DNA from: an uncultured bacterium | Lineage (GTDB): Bacteria; Zixibacteria; MSB-5A5; GN15; FEB-12 | Length of the DNA stretch: 64,000 bases | Assembly (NCBI GenBank): GCA_965372795.1 | Contig: CBDVDR010000005.1 | Coordinates: 1 to 64,000 of the forward strand | Direction of reading: 5' to 3' | In this document: piece by piece, positions 59,504-64,000 of the stretch | Position numbering within the stretch: the first letter of the stretch is position 1 | How the letters are laid out: each line of letters opens with the position of its first letter | The notes under the pieces: model-generated | Database searches by the model: none | What the model saw: the letters and a program-made list of their open reading frames with translations, nothing else | Told to the model about the DNA's origin: nothing | Made by a program: the position numbers and the translations under genes

Positions 59504-60880
59504 ATGTCAAAATATGATGTTGCAATTATAGGTGGTGGAATCTCCGGGCTTTCGGCTTTACATTATATTAAAACAAAACATCCAAACCTTTCGGTGCATC
59601 TTTTTGAAAAAGATAATCGCCTGGGTGGTACTATTGGCACTGACAACATCAACGGTTACAGCTTTGACTGGGGTCCCAACGGCTTTCTTGATCGCGAACC
59701 GCTAACCCTTGAACTGTGCGATCAACTTGGTTTGAAAGATCAACTTGAACGAGCCAATGACAGTGTCACTAACCGTTTTATCCTTCGTCAAAATAAACTA
59801 TGTTCGGTTCCAATGTCTCCGCCGGCATTTTTGATGTCTGATATTTTAAGCCTCAAAGGGAAACTTCGCCTGTTCATCGAACCGTTTGCAAAATCCCGCC
59901 CGGAGGGTATTGATGAATCAATTTATGATTTTGTTCAACGAAGAATCGGCACTGAGGCGGCTGACTATCTGGTACAGCCGATGGTATCGGGTGTTTACGG
60001 CGGAGTAGCAAAAAAACTTTCGCTGGCATCCTGTTTCCCGATTATGCGGGAGATGGAAGATGAGTACGGTTCCTTATTTAAGGCGATGATCGCCAAAGCC
60101 AGAAAGGCAAAAGCAAAGAAGAAAAAAACAGGCAGTCCCTCGGGTCCCGGCGGTTGGTTGACCTCGTTTCATGGCGGACTTTATAAAATAATCGAACAAT
60201 TCAATGAACTCTATTCCGATCTTATTACAACCGACAAAGCAACTGAAAAAATCGAACAGGAAGAAAACAGATATAATTTAACGCTTTCCGGTAATGAAAC
60301 CATAACAGCCCAAAAAGTAATTCTGGCTTTACCGGCAAACTACGCCGCACAAATTGTAGGTACTCTCTCTAATCCTTTATCAAAAGCATTGGGTGAGATT
60401 CCTTATGCTCCGATCTCGGTTGTTTGTTTGGGATATAAAAAAGAGAAAATAAATTCAAACCTCGATGGTTTTGGATTTTTAGTTCCTCAAAAAGAAAATT
60501 TATCAATACTCGGGTCGATCTGGACATCCTCTATTTTCAAAAATCGGGCACCTGAAAATTCGGTACAACTTCGAATAATGGTTGGTGGGGATGGCGATCA
60601 CGAATCGTTCAAATTAAGTGACGATGATCTGGTTAAATTGGTGAAAAATGATATGGGCAAAATTTTAAACATCACCGGCGACCCTGATTTGGTTAAAATT
60701 TATAAATGGAAATACGGTATTCCCCAGTTTCGTATCGGTCACAGCGTTACAATGCAAAAAATTGAAAAAGAACTCAATATTCTCGGCAATATTTATATTA
60801 CCGGGAACGCCTATTACGGCATCGGGTTAAACGATTGCATCAAACAATCTTATAAAATCGTTGAAATGTTTGGTAATTAA
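59504..60880 (+). CDS. hemY: FAD-dependent protoporphyrinogen oxidase (HemY type)
   Basis: IIGGGISGL, GPNGF, SGVYGG, GFGFLVP, IPQF, GIGLNDCI. Confidence 0.9.
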   Translation: MSKYDVAIIGGGISGLSALHYIKTKHPNLSVHLFEKDNRLGGTIGTDNINGYSFDWGPNGFLDREPLTLELCDQLGLKDQLERANDSVTNRFILRQNKLCSVPMSPPAFLMSDILSLKGKLRLFIEPFAKSRPEGIDESIYDFVQRRIGTEAADYLVQPMVSGVYGGVAKKLSLASCFPIMREMEDEYGSLFKAMIAKARKAKAKKKKTGSPSGPGGWLTSFHGGLYKIIEQFNELYSDLITTDKATEKIEQEENRYNLTLSGNETITAQKVILALPANYAAQIVGTLSNPLSKALGEIPYAPISVVCLGYKKEKINSNLDGFGFLVPQKENLSILGSIWTSSIFKNRAPENSVQLRIMVGGDGDHESFKLSDDDLVKLVKNDMGKILNITGDPDLVKIYKWKYGIPQFRIGHSVTMQKIEKELNILGNIYITGNAYYGIGLNDCIKQSYKIVEMFGN

Positions 60881-61023
60881 ATCTTCCAAAAATCTTAATT
60901 TGCCGCTCCGGGAACCTAATTTTAAATTGTTAGTTCAATAATTTAATCTATAAATTATAGTATTGAATTATTAGATTTATTAATTAGTTACAATAAATAA
61001 TAATTTACTAACAGGAGCTTTTC

Positions 61024-61836
61024 ATGCAAGAGTACCTCACATTATTAACCGACTGGGGGCAGATGTATGGTCTGAAAATCCTCGGTGCCTTAGCAATCTT
61101 TATCATCGGTCGCATTGTAATCGGAATTTTGATTAGCGGCTTAAAAAAATTAATCAACAAGTCATTCAAAGATGAAACTCTGACAAAATTTCTTGGTAAT
61201 CTTATCAGAATGCTTTTACTGACGGTCTTAGTAATTGTCATATTGAATCAACTTGGCATAGAAACCACTTCATTTATAGCAATTCTCGGTGCCGCCGGTT
61301 TGGCTATCGGTTTGGCATTACAAAGTTCCCTTTCAAATTTTGCCTCGGGGGTGATGCTTATAATTTTTAAACCGTTCAAAACCGGTGATTATATTGAGGC
61401 TGGGGGAACTAACGGTTCGGTTGAAGAAATCGGAGTATTCACAACTACCATGAAAACGCCCGACAATAAAATGATTATTATTCCCAATGGTGCTATAACA
61501 TCTGGAAATATCACTAACTATTCCGCCAAAGAGTTGCGCCGGGTTGACATGGTTTTTGGAATCGGATACGGCGATGACCTTAAAAAAGCAAAAAACACCT
61601 TGGAACGAATCCTCAAAGAAGATTCGCGGGTTCTTGATGATCCGCCTTTCACAGTTGCCGTTTCTGAATTAGCCGACAGTTCAGTGAATTTCGTTGTTAG
61701 GCCATGGGTAAAATCAGCCGATTATTGGGATCTGTTATTTGATATTACCGAAAAAGTCAAACTTACTTTCGATGCTGAAGGTATTTCTATCCCGTTCCCA
61801 CAACAGGATGTTCATATGCACCAGGTCACATCCTGA
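61024..61836 (+). CDS. mscS: Small-conductance mechanosensitive channel
   Basis: GAAGLAIGLALQ, NFASG, PFKTGD, IIPN, IPFPQ. Confidence 0.92.
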   Translation: MQEYLTLLTDWGQMYGLKILGALAIFIIGRIVIGILISGLKKLINKSFKDETLTKFLGNLIRMLLLTVLVIVILNQLGIETTSFIAILGAAGLAIGLALQSSLSNFASGVMLIIFKPFKTGDYIEAGGTNGSVEEIGVFTTTMKTPDNKMIIIPNGAITSGNITNYSAKELRRVDMVFGIGYGDDLKKAKNTLERILKEDSRVLDDPPFTVAVSELADSSVNFVVRPWVKSADYWDLLFDITEKVKLTFDAEGISIPFPQQDVHMHQVTS

Positions 61837-61859
61837 GCATTTTTTATTATATCAGATAA

Positions 61860-61890
61860 GAGCGATTTGGAGATTGACCCCAAATCGCTC
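61860..61890 (+). terminator. mscS terminator-like hairpin
   Basis: GAGCGATTTGG...CCAAATCGCTC stem. Confidence 0.6.
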
Positions 61891-61995
61891 CCTTCCTATT
61901 TTTGCGACTATTGTATCCCTTTAGGTACCAACGCCTTAATCACCATAAAAAGCCATTGCATTTTGATCTAAATTACAGTAATTTGATTGGTTATT

Positions 61996-62077
61996 GCGAG
62001 AGTGGTGGAATTGGTAGACACGCTGGATTTAGGATCCAGTACTTAACCGTGTGGGGGTTCGAGTCCCCCCTTTCGCA
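61996..62077 (+). tRNA. tRNA-Leu(TAG), CCA not encoded
   Basis: GCGAGAG/CTTTCGC acceptor stem, CTGGA-TTTAGGA-TCCAG anticodon arm, GGTTCGAGTC T-loop. Confidence 0.95.
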
Positions 62078-62118
62078 TGATATTTTGATAATTAGTTAAT
62101 TAATAATAAGGACGTTGC

Positions 62119-63381
62119 ATGAAAGTCGAAGTAAAAGAACTTGATCAGTTAAAAAGAGAAATTTCCGTTGAGATTCCTCCTGAAACTGTAAATAAAAAAA
62201 TTGAGATTGAACTCAAGGATCTTCAAAAGAAAGCCAAAATCAAAGGCTTTCGTCCCGGTAAGACTCCGATGAAAATTATCGAATCTAATTTTGGTGAAGA
62301 AGTTAAAGCCGATGTATTCGATAAGCTCATCAAAGAAACATATCCAAACATTATTAAAGAACAGGCTCTTGATGTAGCTTCCCACCCGACGGTTACAAAT
62401 ATTGATATGAGTGAAGAAGGCGTTTTCACTTATACTGCCCAGGTGGAAGTATATCCCAAAATTGATGATGTTACCATTGAGAATCTTGAATACCCCAAAG
62501 AAGAAACCGAAGCAACTGATGAAGAGGTTGACGAATATATCGAGATGGTTCGCAAGCAACACTCGACCCTGAACAAGGTAGAACGTAAAATCGAAGATAA
62601 AGATACGGTAGTGATTGATCTGGTAAAACTTGAAGATCCGAAAAATATCCTCAAGGAAGATAAATTCCCTGCTTCCGTAATTGATTTAAGCAACAAATTT
62701 ACGCTCAAAGAATTTCGCGAGGAATTGATAGGGATGTCAATCGGTGAAGAAAAAGATATCAACATTAATTATGCCGATGATTATCCGGATGAAAAATTTG
62801 CCGGAGCCGAAATAAAATATAATTGTAAAATTCGCGAAATCAACCAGAGGGTTCTACCGGAATTGAATGATGCCTTTGCAAAAACTTCGAAACTTGCAGA
62901 AACCGCCCTTGAATTAAAACTGAATGTTCGCAAAGAAATTAAGGCTCATAAAGAAGAACAGTTAAAGAAACAGCAGAAAAACACTATCATTTCTCAACTG
63001 GTCGCCAAAAACGAAATACCGGTTCCTCAGGCAGTCTTAAACAATTATCTGGATAATATTGTCGAAGATTTCAAGAAACAAGGACAGGAATTCAATGAAG
63101 AAGATGTCCGCAAACAGTACCGAGCTGTTGGCGAGATGACATTTCGGTGGAATTTGATGTATCATTTTCTGGCAAAGAAGGAAAAGATTGAAGTTTTGCC
63201 GGTAGATACCGAAAATCTGATAAGTAAGTTTGCTGAAAACTATAAGATGACGATTGAGCAGACTAAAGAAGCATTGCAACAATCCGGTAAGATTGCTGAT
63301 ATAAGAGAATCAATACTGGAAGAAAAAGTGCTCGATTATCTGTTTAGCAACGCCAAAGTAGTTAAGGCTGAAAAGAAATAA
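62119..63381 (+). CDS. tig: Trigger factor
   Basis: IKGFRPGK ribosome-binding signature; FKBP-like centre; tRNA-Leu-tig-clpP synteny. Confidence 0.93.
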   Translation: MKVEVKELDQLKREISVEIPPETVNKKIEIELKDLQKKAKIKGFRPGKTPMKIIESNFGEEVKADVFDKLIKETYPNIIKEQALDVASHPTVTNIDMSEEGVFTYTAQVEVYPKIDDVTIENLEYPKEETEATDEEVDEYIEMVRKQHSTLNKVERKIEDKDTVVIDLVKLEDPKNILKEDKFPASVIDLSNKFTLKEFREELIGMSIGEEKDININYADDYPDEKFAGAEIKYNCKIREINQRVLPELNDAFAKTSKLAETALELKLNVRKEIKAHKEEQLKKQQKNTIISQLVAKNEIPVPQAVLNNYLDNIVEDFKKQGQEFNEEDVRKQYRAVGEMTFRWNLMYHFLAKKEKIEVLPVDTENLISKFAENYKMTIEQTKEALQQSGKIADIRESILEEKVLDYLFSNAKVVKAEKK

Positions 63382-63417
63382 AGGGATTTAAATTAATTAA
63401 GAGAAGGTTCAATTCAA

Positions 63418-64000
63418 ATGAACGAAACAATTACGAACAATCATTTAGTTCCGATGGTGGTCGAGCAGTCCGGTCGTGGCGAAAGAGCCTACGATATTTT
63501 TTCACGTCTGCTCAAGGATAGAATCATTTTTATCGGTACTCCTATTGATGACAATATCGCCAATCTGGTTATTGCCCAGCTTCTGTTCCTTGAAGCTGAA
63601 GATCCGGAAAAAGATATTTATATTTATATCAACTCTCCGGGTGGATCAGTTACTGCCGGTATGGCAATTTATGATACTATGCAGTTTATCAAACCTGATA
63701 TTGCAACAACCTGTATGGGCATCGCTGCATCTATGGGAGCGTTCCTGCTTTGTGCCGGAACCAATGGCAAACGAGCCGGACTTCCAAACAGTCGCGTAAT
63801 GATTCATCAGCCATTAGCCGGTACTCAGGGTCAAATCTCTGATATTGTTATTATGACTGAAGAATTTCAAAATACAAAAAAACGTCTTAATGATCTGTTA
63901 GTTTATCATACCGGACAAGATTTGAAAAAAATTGAAGTCGATACCGATAGAAACTTTTTCATGTCTGCTGATGAAGCAAATGAATATGGGATTATTGACA
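63418..64000 (+). CDS. clpP: ATP-dependent Clp protease proteolytic subunit, truncated at the window end
   Basis: Hand translation: [43 protein letters not shown]; no stop within the window. Confidence 0.95.
   Translation, partial: MNETITNNHLVPMVVEQSGRGERAYDIFSRLLKDRIIFIGTPIDDNIANLVIAQLLFLEAEDPEKDIYIYINSPGGSVTAGMAIYDTMQFIKPDIATTCMGIAASMGAFLLCAGTNGKRAGLPNSRVMIHQPLAGTQGQISDIVIMTEEFQNTKKRLNDLLVYHTGQDLKKIEVDTDRNFFMSADEANEYGIID

Noticed and set aside
61902..62099. 65-aa ORF
   Set aside because: It overlaps tRNA-Leu(TAG).
63476..63799. 107-aa ORF
   Set aside because: Alternative frame within clpP, which the ORF track missed because it has no stop in the window.

Overview
Bacterial chromosomal window, AT-rich and mostly housekeeping. 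The host is a diderm; the CC-dockerin, cohesin and T9SS-like C-terminal domains, short RpoD and alpha2 GlyRS point to the FCB group, probably Zixibacteria (inference). Core content: rpoD, three HtrA-family genes, a folB-folK-dNK-panB operon, two ECF sigma loci with recognisable autoregulatory promoters, rarA, glyS-recO-ftsB, a CheY/CheX/MshEN-HD signalling trio, pcrA, rpmA, lolCE-lolD-mcsA-mcsB-clpC, a complete nine-gene heme operon, mscS, two tRNA-Leu genes, tig and a truncated clpP. Two accessory segments stand out. (1) At 1-1.9 kb, beside the 3' end of tRNA-Leu(CAG), a serine hydrolase gene is framed like an integron gene cassette, with long imperfect attC-like palindromes. (2) At 28.5-32.0 kb, between rarA and glyS, a Fic gene and a restriction-endonuclease-like/Fic fusion gene are bracketed by inverted copies of an unannotated ~76-bp repeat that carries covarying cGAAg mini-hairpins, plus a GTAG REP. 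Several apparent pseudoenzymes are also present (aminotransferase, HtrA, kinase). All calls are by eye from motifs; no searches were run.
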